Shown here piece after piece: positions 1 through 9,397 of a stretch of DNA of 64,000 nt. Within the stretch, counting starts at the first letter, position 1. Every line of letters begins with the position of its first letter. The position numbers and the translations under genes were made by a program. The stretch covers positions 24,511 through 88,510 of the forward strand of contig JABGQS010000005.1 in assembly GCA_018648645.1 (NCBI GenBank), written 5' to 3'. A model generated the notes under the pieces. That model saw only the letters and a program-made list of their open reading frames with translations, had not been told where the DNA came from and did no database searches. This DNA is from Clostridia bacterium. GTDB taxonomy: Bacteria > Bacillota > Clostridia > Christensenellales > SZUA-584.

Positions 1-39
1 TGCCCACGAATTTTTCTTGCCACAAACCCGAAGAGCTGT

Positions 40-633
40 TTACTCGCCGGTTGCTTCGAACATAAACCCGGACAAAGATTTTGCAGGGTCCATCAGCATG
101 CTGCCCGATAGTGAAACACCCAACATTTGCTGCGTGTCACCAAGCAGCGCGAACAGCTCGGCTTGCTCGGACAACGGCCAGTCGGGCAGCGCGCCGGGAT
201 GTATCGAAGCGATTTTGCTTAGACCCATGTCAGCGACTAAATGTTGTTTGAGATACGCCGATGCGCACGCCAGCACTTGCTCTTTGATTCTCTCCATCCA
301 CCAGCTGTGCAGTATATCGGTAACGGTTTTTGACAACGCTTCAATCTCTTCGCCGCAAGTGGACACAAACACGAACAACCGCTGCACGCCCATAAGGCTC
401 TCGCTCATTACACCGCTGCTCATTTTGCGACCATCCAGCACCACAAAATCGCTGCCTCTCTGCTCTATTATAAGCGGCATATATAGCGCTTTTGGTTTTG
501 CAACCTCACCAACAGATTCGAGCAGTCTAATAAAATCAGCATAGTCGTCGCTGTCCTTTGCTATATGCAGCTTGTCTGCAATTTTGTCCGTGTCCGGCTC
601 AAACGATATGTTATTAAGTATAATTGGATTCAT
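40..633 (-). CDS. Methionine synthase B12 activation-domain-like protein
   Basis: 197-aa ORF with RBS gggggacgaATG. The C-terminal 'HPGALPDWPLSEQAELFALLG...SMLMDPAKSLSGFMF' resembles the MetH activation-domain motif (PGYP..P...E...ELL...M.P..SVSG..F). Confidence 0.55.
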   Translation of the reverse strand: MNPIILNNISFEPDTDKIADKLHIAKDSDDYADFIRLLESVGEVAKPKALYMPLIIEQRGSDFVVLDGRKMSSGVMSESLMGVQRLFVFVSTCGEEIEALSKTVTDILHSWWMERIKEQVLACASAYLKQHLVADMGLSKIASIHPGALPDWPLSEQAELFALLGDTQQMLGVSLSGSMLMDPAKSLSGFMFEATGE

Positions 634-781
634 TCGTCCCCCAAAGCATAAGTTAAGTAATTCTCATTATATAACATTGTGCTGCAATAATCCAGAATAT
701 ATAGTGTTACTTTGTATGCCCCGGCGAAAAAAACTTTACTTTGAGTGCCAAAATAGTTTAAGATAGCATCAAGGAGTTTTT

Positions 782-1639
782 ATGATACTATTTGGACCGG
801 CAGGCAATTCAGAGAGTTTTTACAACGAGGGGCACAAGCGCACGGTAGAGGTTTTTTCGTGGATTGCAAAAATGGGTCTGAACTCGTACGAATACTCTTT
901 TGGGCGCGGCGTGCGATTAAAGCACGACACAGCGCTCGCCATTGGCAAGCAGGCGGCAGCAAACGACGTTACGCTTAGCGTGCACGCTCCGTACTATATC
1001 AACCTTGCGACGCTAGAGCCGGAGAAAGCGACCAACAACATGCGCTACCTCGCCGAGTCGGCAAGAGCGGCAAAGTGGATGGGCGCCAAGCGCGTAGTTT
1101 TTCATCCCGGGTCGCAGGGGCGGGTAACGCGTGGGCAAGCGTTTGAGCAAATAAAAAAAGCGCTGGTGTTGGCGATTGCGCACCTCACTAACGAGCAGCT
1201 TTTTGACGTTACGATATGTCCCGAAACGCTTGGCAAAGTTAAGCAGCTTGGCGACCTTGATGAAGTGATCGAAATGTGCAAGATTGACGAGCGTATTGTG
1301 CCGGCGATTGATTTTGGGCACTTGCACGCAAGAGGCTTTGGCGCACTAAACAGCGAGAGCGACTTTGCGCATATATTGGATAAACTTGAGGACGAGCTTG
1401 GAGGATACAGAGCAAAGCATTTCCATGTGCATTTCAGCAAGATAGAGTACACAGCGCAGGGCGAGAAGCGGCATAGAACATTTGCGGAAACTGAATACGG
1501 GCCCGACTTTACGCCGCTGGCAAAGCTGATAGCACGGCGCGAACTTGAGCCCGTGATTATATGCGAGTCTAAAGGAACAATGGCGGAAGACGCCGCGCAG
1601 ATGAAGGAAATTTATGAGCAGGAGAAAGCAAAACTATGA
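782..1639 (+). CDS. TIM-barrel AP endonuclease family 2 / endonuclease IV-like (xylose-isomerase-like fold) protein
   Basis: 285-aa ORF with RBS aaggag. 'VHAPYYINLA', 'VVFHPG' and 'IDFGHLHA' resemble the Nfo-type metal-ligand blocks. Its stop overlaps the next gene (ATGA). Confidence 0.55.
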   Translation: MILFGPAGNSESFYNEGHKRTVEVFSWIAKMGLNSYEYSFGRGVRLKHDTALAIGKQAAANDVTLSVHAPYYINLATLEPEKATNNMRYLAESARAAKWMGAKRVVFHPGSQGRVTRGQAFEQIKKALVLAIAHLTNEQLFDVTICPETLGKVKQLGDLDEVIEMCKIDERIVPAIDFGHLHARGFGALNSESDFAHILDKLEDELGGYRAKHFHVHFSKIEYTAQGEKRHRTFAETEYGPDFTPLAKLIARRELEPVIICESKGTMAEDAAQMKEIYEQEKAKL

Positions 1640-2694
1640 AAATTGATAAACTGAGAAGTGCCATGAAAAAAACAGGTGCAGACGCTGCACTGATTGCGAG
1701 CGAAGTGAACGTGCAGTACTATTCAGGGTTTACCGGCGACAGCAGCCAGCTGCTGATTACGCAGGACGAGATGCTTTTTTTCACCGACTTTCGATACACC
1801 GAGCAGGCGCAGATGCAGACGAGCTTCAACGTAATTGAAACCAAAGGGCAGACGAGACTGCAGCAGATTTTTGACAGCGTAAAAAAGGCGGGCGCAAAAA
1901 CGCTTGGTATTGACCTTGATGGCGTGATGTACCCTAGCTACAAAAGCTATTCAAAGTTTATCGACGAAGACAAAATTATTGACCTGTCAGCAGCGGTCGG
2001 CGTGGCGCGCTGCGTCAAGGACGATGCGGAAATAGCGGCTATCACAAAAGGCGCACAGCACAACGACAAGCTTTTTGCCAAGGTGTGCACGATGATTGAA
2101 GCAGGAGTCACCGAAGCCGACATCAAGGCGGAGTTGATTTACTACATGAATAAGAACGGCGCAGAGGCAGCGTTTGACCCGATAGTGGCATCGGGGAGCA
2201 ACTCGAGCCTTCCGCACGCAACGCCGACAAGCAAAAAGTTTGTGAGCGGCGACTTTGTCACTATGGACTACGGTTGCAAATTCGGCGGATATTGCAGCGA
2301 TTTTACGCGCACCGTCGTAGTGGGCAAGGTAGACAACGAGCAGCAAAAAGTATATGATACTGTTAAAACAGCAGGCGACTTAGCGACTAAAGCGCTTGCG
2401 CCGGGCGTGAAATGCAGCGACATTGACGCAATCGCGCGAGACTATATAACGAGTAAAGGCTACGGCGAATATTTCGGGCACGGTCTTGGTCACGGCGTCG
2501 GGCGCAACATCCACGAAGCGCCGTCACTTAACGCCACCGGCGAAATTGTGCTGGAGGCAGGCATGGTAATCACCATAGAGCCGGGGATATATCTGCCCGG
2601 CAAATGGGGCGTAAGGATAGAGGATTTGTGCGTGATAACGGAAGACGGGTACGAGAACCTGACAGCCGCACCGCGCGATTTGATTATAATATAA
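1636..2694 (+). CDS. M24 family Xaa-Pro aminopeptidase/dipeptidase
   Basis: 352 aa with a creatinase-like N-terminal domain plus '[20 protein letters not shown]' and '[15 protein letters not shown]...TIEPGIY...GVRIED', the metal ligands of the pita-bread fold. Confidence 0.85.
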   Translation: MKIDKLRSAMKKTGADAALIASEVNVQYYSGFTGDSSQLLITQDEMLFFTDFRYTEQAQMQTSFNVIETKGQTRLQQIFDSVKKAGAKTLGIDLDGVMYPSYKSYSKFIDEDKIIDLSAAVGVARCVKDDAEIAAITKGAQHNDKLFAKVCTMIEAGVTEADIKAELIYYMNKNGAEAAFDPIVASGSNSSLPHATPTSKKFVSGDFVTMDYGCKFGGYCSDFTRTVVVGKVDNEQQKVYDTVKTAGDLATKALAPGVKCSDIDAIARDYITSKGYGEYFGHGLGHGVGRNIHEAPSLNATGEIVLEAGMVITIEPGIYLPGKWGVRIEDLCVITEDGYENLTAAPRDLIII

Positions 2695-2713
2695 CTATTG
2701 GAGGAAGATAAAT

Positions 2714-3271
2714 ATGATATCAGCCGGAGATTTTAAAAAAGGCGTTACAATCGATATAGACGGTGTGGTTTGGGCCATAGTAGATTTTCAGCACGTAAAG
2801 CCGGGGAAAGGCGCGGCTTTTGTGCGCACCAAGCTAAAGAACGCGGTAACGGGCAGCGTGCTCGAGAAGACGTTTAACCCGACCGAGAAGTTCCCAAAGG
2901 CGCATATCGACACCAAAGAGATGGAGTATCTCTACAGCGATGGTGACTTATACTATTTCATGGACGGCGAAACGTTCGAGCAGCTTCCGCTCGCCAAAGA
3001 GCAGTGTGAGCACGCGCTGATGTACATTAGCGAGAATATGAGTGCAACCATCAAGTTTTATAAAGGCGTAGCGTTCAGCGTAGACCCTCCAAACTTCGTA
3101 GTGCTCGAAGTCACCGAAACAGATCCCGGGTTCAAGGGAGACACAGCAACAGCGGGCAACAAGCAGGCTGTGCTCGAGACGGGCGCAAAGGTGATGGTGC
3201 CGCTGTTCATCAACCAAGGCGACAAAATTCGTGTGGACACGCGCATCGGCGAGTATATGGAGCGCGCGTAG
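2714..3271 (+). CDS. efp: Elongation factor P
   Basis: 185 aa. '[19 protein letters not shown]' is the canonical EF-P loop containing the modified Lys. Strong RBS ggagga. Confidence 0.95.
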   Translation: MISAGDFKKGVTIDIDGVVWAIVDFQHVKPGKGAAFVRTKLKNAVTGSVLEKTFNPTEKFPKAHIDTKEMEYLYSDGDLYYFMDGETFEQLPLAKEQCEHALMYISENMSATIKFYKGVAFSVDPPNFVVLEVTETDPGFKGDTATAGNKQAVLETGAKVMVPLFINQGDKIRVDTRIGEYMERA

Positions 3272-3295
3272 CCTAACTATTTGAATAGATAACGT

Positions 3296-3326
3296 AATGG
3301 CGACCTATCTCGGGTTGCCATTTTTA
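3296..3326 (+). terminator. Rho-independent terminator after efp
   Basis: Hairpin aatggcgacc/gggttgccatt followed by a T-run. Confidence 0.6.
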
Positions 3327-3400
3327 TTATATTTTTTGCTTGCAAATTGCTGTTATAGTGTTAATATAAACATCAAAGACTATAAAACTTTCGAGGTATA

Positions 3401-4105
3401 ATGATGAGCGATTTATCAAAATTAAAACAAGACGTGTACCAAGCAAACATGGACCTAGCGGCGTCGGGGCTGGTGCTGCTGACGTGGGGCAACGTAAGCG
3501 CATATGACGAAGTGAGTGGATATGTCGTCATCAAACCGAGCGGCGTAAGCTATGACACAATGAAGCCTGATGACATGGTCGTGGTAGATTTGGACGGCAA
3601 CAAGATTGAGGGCGAGATGAACCCTTCGTCCGACACGCCGACACACTTGGAGATATACAAAGCGTTTGACGGCGTTAAGGCTGTTGTGCACACGCACAGC
3701 AAATGGGCGACCAGCTTTGCGCAGGCGCGGCAGGACATACCGTGCCTAGGGACAACGCACGCCGACAACTTTTACGGCAACATCCCGTGCACACGCAGCA
3801 TGACGCAGCAGGAAATCGAAACGGACTACGAGAAGGAAACGGGCAACGTAATCGTCGAGACGTTTAGCAAACGCAAAATCAAACCGCTGGAAATCAGCGC
3901 AGTCATTGTCGCCAACCACGGACCGTTCTCGTGGGGTACGTCGCTTGGCAAAGCAATCGAGAACGCGCTCGTGATGGAGTACGTAGCCGAAATGGCGTTC
4001 AACGCTCTGCACATAAGCACGAATACTGACATGCCGCAAACCCTTCTTGACAAGCACTTTTTGCGCAAGCACGGCAAAAACGCATATTATGGACAGGATA
4101 AATAA
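3401..4105 (+). CDS. araD: L-ribulose-5-phosphate 4-epimerase (class II aldolase fold)
   Basis: 234 aa. 'TWGNVSAYDE...VIKPSGV', 'PSSDTPTHLEIY' and 'VVHTHS' are typical AraD blocks. Confidence 0.85.
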   Translation: MMSDLSKLKQDVYQANMDLAASGLVLLTWGNVSAYDEVSGYVVIKPSGVSYDTMKPDDMVVVDLDGNKIEGEMNPSSDTPTHLEIYKAFDGVKAVVHTHSKWATSFAQARQDIPCLGTTHADNFYGNIPCTRSMTQQEIETDYEKETGNVIVETFSKRKIKPLEISAVIVANHGPFSWGTSLGKAIENALVMEYVAEMAFNALHISTNTDMPQTLLDKHFLRKHGKNAYYGQDK

Positions 4106-4116
4106 GGAGACAAATC

Positions 4117-5097
4117 ATGAATAAAGTTGTGCTTACCGACCATCTGAATAAGGAACTGGCGCTGATACGGCAGATACTAAAAGAGACGGATACCGAGCTG
4201 ATTGCTGAGGATTGTGGGACGGAGGACGAGACAATCGACGCGGCAAAAGATGCAGATGTGCTCATGACGGCAAACCCAAGGTTTTATACTCCAAAGATGA
4301 TTGGCAGCCTTAATAAATGCAAAGCTGTTGTCATAATGAGCATCGGTTATGACGGCATGGATATTGACGCGCTTACTAAAAACGGCATTATGCTTATTAA
4401 CGTGCCGGACTATTGTCTAAATGAAGTGGCAGACCACGCGCTGGCGCTGCTTCTTGGCATGCACAGAAAGGTCAGCGCATCCGACGCAAAGCTCCGAGAA
4501 CAGCTCGAGTACAGACCATATCAGCTGCGCCCGATAAAGGGACTGAGTGACACAACGGTCGGCATATACGGCTTTGGCAGGATAGCGAGACGCTCTGCAA
4601 AACGGCTCAGCGCTTTTGGATGCACCATTCAGTTCTTCGATCCATATGTGGATAGTGATTACGACGAGGACGGCGTACACGCCAAGAAGGTTAGCTTCGA
4701 GCAGATGTTGAGAACCAGCGACGATATACTTATGCACGCTCCGGCAACAAAAGAAAACTACCACATTTTCAACGATGATGCTTTTGCTCTGTGCGAGAGA
4801 AAGCCGTACGTCATCAACGTAGGCAGGGGCGAGGTAATGGACGAAAACGCGCTTTGTCGTGCAGTCACCAGCGGCAAGGTAAGCGGCGCGGCGCTTGATG
4901 TGCATGAGTATTTCAACGACTTTAAAGCTGATGATGCAATTTTTAACACACCGAACATCGTATTAACGCCGCATTGCGCGTGGTATTCTGAAACTTCGCT
5001 TAACAACATGGCGCGAACGGTGGCGGAAGAAATCAACCGCGTGATGCGCGGGCAGATGCCGCTCTCGGTGGTTAATAAAAAAGAACTTGGGTTATAG
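4117..5097 (+). CDS. D-isomer-specific 2-hydroxyacid dehydrogenase family protein
   Basis: 326 aa with an NAD-binding 'VGIYGFGRIARRSAKRL', 'INVGRGEVMDE' and 'AALDVHE...TPHCAW'. Confidence 0.8.
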   Translation: MNKVVLTDHLNKELALIRQILKETDTELIAEDCGTEDETIDAAKDADVLMTANPRFYTPKMIGSLNKCKAVVIMSIGYDGMDIDALTKNGIMLINVPDYCLNEVADHALALLLGMHRKVSASDAKLREQLEYRPYQLRPIKGLSDTTVGIYGFGRIARRSAKRLSAFGCTIQFFDPYVDSDYDEDGVHAKKVSFEQMLRTSDDILMHAPATKENYHIFNDDAFALCERKPYVINVGRGEVMDENALCRAVTSGKVSGAALDVHEYFNDFKADDAIFNTPNIVLTPHCAWYSETSLNNMARTVAEEINRVMRGQMPLSVVNKKELGL

Positions 5098-5107
5098 TAT
5101 CTAGCCT

Positions 5108-5302
5108 ATCTTGTAAAGGTGAAAAGTTTCACTCAATTTTTTACCAAAAAATTGCGGGTTTTTAGGGCAGCGCCCTAATCGCTGACTTTAGTCAGCGTAT
5201 ATTGCAAAGCGTATTTTGGAAGGTGAATCAGGCAGTCAGCCGATGGATGAATGCCTGAGAGGAAACTTTTTATAGTGAAAAAGTTTCCTATGTTTACAAG
5301 GG
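5108..5302. repeat. Palindrome-dense spacer with imperfect terminal inverted repeats (MITE-like)
   Basis: The ends 'cttgtaaaggtgaaaagtttcact' and 'agtgaaaaagtttcctatgtttacaag' are imperfect inverted copies. At least five internal hairpins lie between them (caatttttt/aaaaaattg, tagggc/gcccta, cgctgact/agtcagcg, aggca/tgcct, ggaaacttttt/aaaaagtttcc). Confidence 0.3.
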
Positions 5303-5306
5303 TGTT

Positions 5307-7520
5307 TTAGAAACTCAATTGCGCGATAAACCTACTTACAACAGCACGGCTTTGGCTGACATCTTCATCAAAAAGCTCAATGCGAAAATCTCGAACGCCC
5401 AGCGAGAACAGCTTGCTGATGTCAGCATTCTCGCAGCGGCTTGCGAGTATATAGTTATTGCATTTCGAGTCGGTGACAATCGGGTATCGGTTCTTTTTTA
5501 TGTCCTGCAAATAATACTGCTCGGTTTTGCACGAGCCGCAACTTTTTGGTAATCCAAGAGAGTCCGAGATAATACAATGCTGCATCGCCATAAGCTCATA
5601 CCTGCCGTAAATCAACGCTTCAAGCATAGGCGAGTGACCGTTCTGTGCCTCATATGCGCGCATCATATCCGTGATTTGCGTGTCGCTGCTCTCGGGAGAT
5701 ATGGCTATTCGCTTTGCACCCAGGCTTGCAAAAATACCAAGCGTTCGCGAATTCAGCGCATTCAAATGGTAATCCAACACAAAGTCGTTATTCCTGTGAT
5801 AGGTGTGCAATCCGCCCGTGTCGGTAACCAACAATCGCATATCGCTCATAGGCGGAGTGTTCTTGGCAAGCCGGCTTGTTTTCAGCCGAGTGTTTGGGTA
5901 CTTGTCGTACATGGAAGTATCACCAACATATATATCGCCGATGGGCAAATCGCGTATCGCATCAAGCTGCGCTTCGTTTCGCACGAGGACATGAACTTGC
6001 GGTGTAGTCTGCGTCATGTGCGGCGTTTTTGGCGGCGCATACGTGAGAGTTCTTCTGCTCGGCAAAGCTGTGCGAAGCCGTGTCAGCTTGTCGGTCGCCT
6101 CGCGGCGCAGTGCATTAAGCGCGCTTTTCGCGATAAAAATGTCCTCATCGCGGCTGATCGAAATATCATCCAGCTCATAAGGCGTGTCGCCCAATTTGCC
6201 TATGTTCTCAGAGAGGTTGCCTGCGGGTTTCGTTTTGCTTTGCACGACAGTTTCTCCGAGAACGCTTGAAGTGTTCTTGCCGTCTGAAAGCGTCAGCGAC
6301 ATCGCCTCGCCTTTGCGCGCGACCAGCTTCGCGGTAACACCGACTTTTTTCTTCTCGAAATCAGCGAGTGCTTTTATTAGTTGAACATCGCTTGTTTTTA
6401 CCACGCTGTCGCCTTTTTTCGTCTCAGCCTTGTTATCAAGCTCAACCACGTCGCCGTTTTGTGCAGAGCTGACCAGCCTGCCGTTTTTATATATCTTGTT
6501 GCATATAAACCCTGTATCAGTGCGCTCAAACTTAACTCCGTCGCCTTGGTGCAAATCGTCCGTCAGCGCAATTTTGATGCGATACTTGTCGCACGATAAA
6601 ACGTGCCCCAACGGCACGCCTTTGTGGTTGGGTCTGCTCGTGCTCATCAGCTCAGCGCCACCCAGCAGATGCCCTTTGGTAAAACCGCGGTTAAACAGTT
6701 TTGTTAGATTATCATAGTCCTTGCCGTCAAGCCGCTCGCCGCGAATAAGCGATGCGTACATTTTTGTGACCAGCCCGACGTATTCGGGTGATTTCATTCT
6801 GCCTTCAATCTTGAAACAAGTGACACCGGCGTCAATCAACTTTTGAACATCCTCGAGTAATCCGAGATCCTTTGGGCTAAGCAGATACGCGTTTTTCAGC
6901 TCGCTCCCTGCGCAATCAATCAACGCATACTTCATTCGGCAGCTTTGCGCGCATCTGCCGCGGTTTCCGCTGCGGTTCTCGGTTAGCGCGCTCATAAGGC
7001 ACTGCCCCGAATAGCATATGCAAAGCGCGCCGTGCACAAACACTTCTTTTTCAATTGTGCTGGTTAGCCCGCCTATCTGCTCTAGGCTCATTTCCCGCGC
7101 GAGGACAGCGCGACACGCGCCGAGCGATTGTACAAAATCGAGGCTGGCGTCATTGTGGTTATGCATTTGCGTGCTTGCGTGAATCTCGATATCGGGGAAG
7201 GTTTGGCGTGCTGTTTCCATCATGCCGATGTCCTGAATAATCAACGCGTCTGCGCCAAGCTCGTATATCTTTTTCACGTGCGAAATAAATTGCTCAATCT
7301 CATCCTCGTAGATAAGCGTGTTAACAGTGATGTACACTTTCACGTTATACAGATGACAAAAATATATCGCCGTTTTCATTTGCTCGTACGTGAAGTTGGC
7401 AGCAAATGCGCGCGCGCCGAAATTGGCACCGCCCATGTATACGGAATCTGCGCCGCCGTGCACTGCCTGATATATCGCGTCTATACTGCCCGCGGGGCTG
7501 AGTAGCTCTAATTTGCTCAT
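5307..7520 (-). CDS. Peptidase U32 family protein (long form)
   Basis: 737 aa. The N-terminal 'LELLSPAGS...AVHGGADSVYMGG' and the Cys cluster 'CICYSGQCLMS...RSGNRGRCAQSCR' are typical of U32. Confidence 0.85.
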   Translation of the reverse strand: MSKLELLSPAGSIDAIYQAVHGGADSVYMGGANFGARAFAANFTYEQMKTAIYFCHLYNVKVYITVNTLIYEDEIEQFISHVKKIYELGADALIIQDIGMMETARQTFPDIEIHASTQMHNHNDASLDFVQSLGACRAVLAREMSLEQIGGLTSTIEKEVFVHGALCICYSGQCLMSALTENRSGNRGRCAQSCRMKYALIDCAGSELKNAYLLSPKDLGLLEDVQKLIDAGVTCFKIEGRMKSPEYVGLVTKMYASLIRGERLDGKDYDNLTKLFNRGFTKGHLLGGAELMSTSRPNHKGVPLGHVLSCDKYRIKIALTDDLHQGDGVKFERTDTGFICNKIYKNGRLVSSAQNGDVVELDNKAETKKGDSVVKTSDVQLIKALADFEKKKVGVTAKLVARKGEAMSLTLSDGKNTSSVLGETVVQSKTKPAGNLSENIGKLGDTPYELDDISISRDEDIFIAKSALNALRREATDKLTRLRTALPSRRTLTYAPPKTPHMTQTTPQVHVLVRNEAQLDAIRDLPIGDIYVGDTSMYDKYPNTRLKTSRLAKNTPPMSDMRLLVTDTGGLHTYHRNNDFVLDYHLNALNSRTLGIFASLGAKRIAISPESSDTQITDMMRAYEAQNGHSPMLEALIYGRYELMAMQHCIISDSLGLPKSCGSCKTEQYYLQDIKKNRYPIVTDSKCNNYILASRCENADISKLFSLGVRDFRIELFDEDVSQSRAVVSRFIAQLSF

Positions 7521-7619
7521 GCGTACAGTATATCATAACTTTAACTAGCCGCCGGACAAAAAAAGACCGCCCGATTTTGGCAGTCCTTGTGTTTGTATTA
7601 TTGCAGCAAAGCGCTGCGT

Positions 7620-8558
7620 TTATACGTGCTGCTTTATGTCTTCAGGCTCGCTTTGCCCGTCGCACTCATCGTCGCCATCGGTACCATAAATCTGCGCATC
7701 GGCGTTGCGATAGTATTTCTTGAACAGCCGGAAATAGCCTTTGGTATCCTCGTTTATAAAATCGCCCTTGATGCGGTTGTCATTCATCATCCGCTCAAAG
7801 TTATACGCGCCGTTCACCTTCCAAAAGCGCAATATCCCGGGGTTGATCGCGTCCACGGGGCAAAGCATCACGCACTTCATGCACATGGCGCACGCGCTGT
7901 CAAAGCACAGCTTTTCCTTCTCGTAGCTGATGTTTTTGGTCGGGCAGCCTTTGAGACAAAGCATGCAATCGTTGCACTTGCTCTTGTCTATCCTGTATAT
8001 TCTGCCGTTGATAATTGCGCCAACCCACTGTATACGAAACACTGCCGAGGTAATAATGTGCCTCAGCTTAAAGTGAAACTCCTTGTGTTTGCCGTCGAGT
8101 ACATCTGCCGCAAACAGCTCGCACAGCTTTTCGTTGTATATGTACATTTGCTTGACAAGCTCGTCCTCGTACCTAAAAACGATGTTGTACGGCATCAACA
8201 GATGCCTGTCGAGCATAACATCAAAGCCTTTGGACACGAGCAGATTGTACAGCTTATGTGACGAAGCGTCGTTGAGATGAAAAGGCTCTCCCGACGTTTT
8301 GATGATGAACGCCTTTTTGTTTGCGTCCGGCAGAGTTTTGACAAACTTTAAGAAGAACTGTGGGCTGTTAAACGCGTGCACAGGATAAGCAAACCCGACA
8401 AAATCAAAGTCTTGCGGGGAGGGCACGTCGTCAAAAGGTTCCTTTATTTCATAAATGGTGGTACCAACATTAGAGCGCTCAAAAGAGTCTCGCACCATGT
8501 TTGCGGTCAACAATGTATTCCCGGTACCTGAAAAAACATAAATAATTGCGCGTTGCAT
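7620..8558 (-). CDS. EFR1-family ferredoxin (flavodoxin-like N-terminus plus 2x[4Fe-4S] motifs)
   Basis: 312 aa. 'IYVFSGTGNT' is a flavodoxin-like start. It also has 'CNDCMLCLKGCP' and 'CAMCMKCVMLCP' ferredoxin motifs. Confidence 0.7.
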   Translation of the reverse strand: MQRAIIYVFSGTGNTLLTANMVRDSFERSNVGTTIYEIKEPFDDVPSPQDFDFVGFAYPVHAFNSPQFFLKFVKTLPDANKKAFIIKTSGEPFHLNDASSHKLYNLLVSKGFDVMLDRHLLMPYNIVFRYEDELVKQMYIYNEKLCELFAADVLDGKHKEFHFKLRHIITSAVFRIQWVGAIINGRIYRIDKSKCNDCMLCLKGCPTKNISYEKEKLCFDSACAMCMKCVMLCPVDAINPGILRFWKVNGAYNFERMMNDNRIKGDFINEDTKGYFRLFKKYYRNADAQIYGTDGDDECDGQSEPEDIKQHV

Positions 8559-8844
8559 GATAAAACCTCAAAATATAAGAAATATAATTACACGTGCATT
8601 ATAGCATACTACGTGAAAAAACGACAATTTTCTGCCTGATTTTTGTGAGATGTTAGACAATAGTAATATTTGCAAAACAGCATTGTGTAACCAGAAAATC
8701 GTTGGGTTTAAGCTGTTAGTGGAGAAATATGGAAGTTAACACTGCTTGATACCTGTTTTCACAATCAATTGCGCTATACCTGTACGAACAACTATGGTAT
8801 CATATATGCAAACAATTCGAATAATCTTTTGGAGGTAATTATAT

Positions 8845-9261
8845 ATGAAAAGTTATAGAAAAGTATTAGCGCTGGATGTGCCAAAGCGCCGCCAGTTTAT
8901 CCACATCACGCCGCAGGTAAACGAAGCGCTGCGCGAGAGCGGCATCAAAGAAGGTCTTTGCCTTGTCAACGCCATGCACATCACGGCAAGCGTGTTTATC
9001 AACGACAACGAGAGCGGTCTGCACAGCGATTTCGAAAAGTGGCTCGAGGGTCTTGCACCCGAGAAACCGTATTCGCAGTATGCGCATAATGGGTATGAAG
9101 ACAACGGCGACGCGCATCTCAAACGCACGATTATGGGCAGAGAGGTCGTTGTTGCGGTCACAAACGGCAAGCTCGATTTTGGTCCGTGGGAAGCGATTTT
9201 TTACGGCGAGTTTGACGGCAAGCGCACCAAGCGCATAATGATCAAGATAATTGGGGAATAG
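8845..9261 (+). CDS. yjbQ: YjbQ/UPF0047 family protein (secondary thiamine-phosphate synthase)
   Basis: 138 aa. '[23 protein letters not shown]' and 'NGDAHLK' are UPF0047 hallmarks. RBS ggaggt. Confidence 0.85.
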   Translation: MKSYRKVLALDVPKRRQFIHITPQVNEALRESGIKEGLCLVNAMHITASVFINDNESGLHSDFEKWLEGLAPEKPYSQYAHNGYEDNGDAHLKRTIMGREVVVAVTNGKLDFGPWEAIFYGEFDGKRTKRIMIKIIGE

Positions 9262-9397
9262 TAAGTGCAGTAAGAAACGTTTGTATACTTGCCGGCGTTT
9301 TTTTTAACGACGCAATATTATATGTTGAAATTCCTCGCTCGTTGGGTTATAATTTTGCCAAATCGAAAATTTTCAATATTTAAAAGGAGATATAATT

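Noticed and set aside
8559-8844. Possible TPP riboswitch in the 286-nt region upstream of yjbQ (a thiamine-related family)
   Set aside because: I found no 'ctgaga' box or pyrimidine-sensor helix signature. The region looks like a divergent AT-rich promoter spacer.
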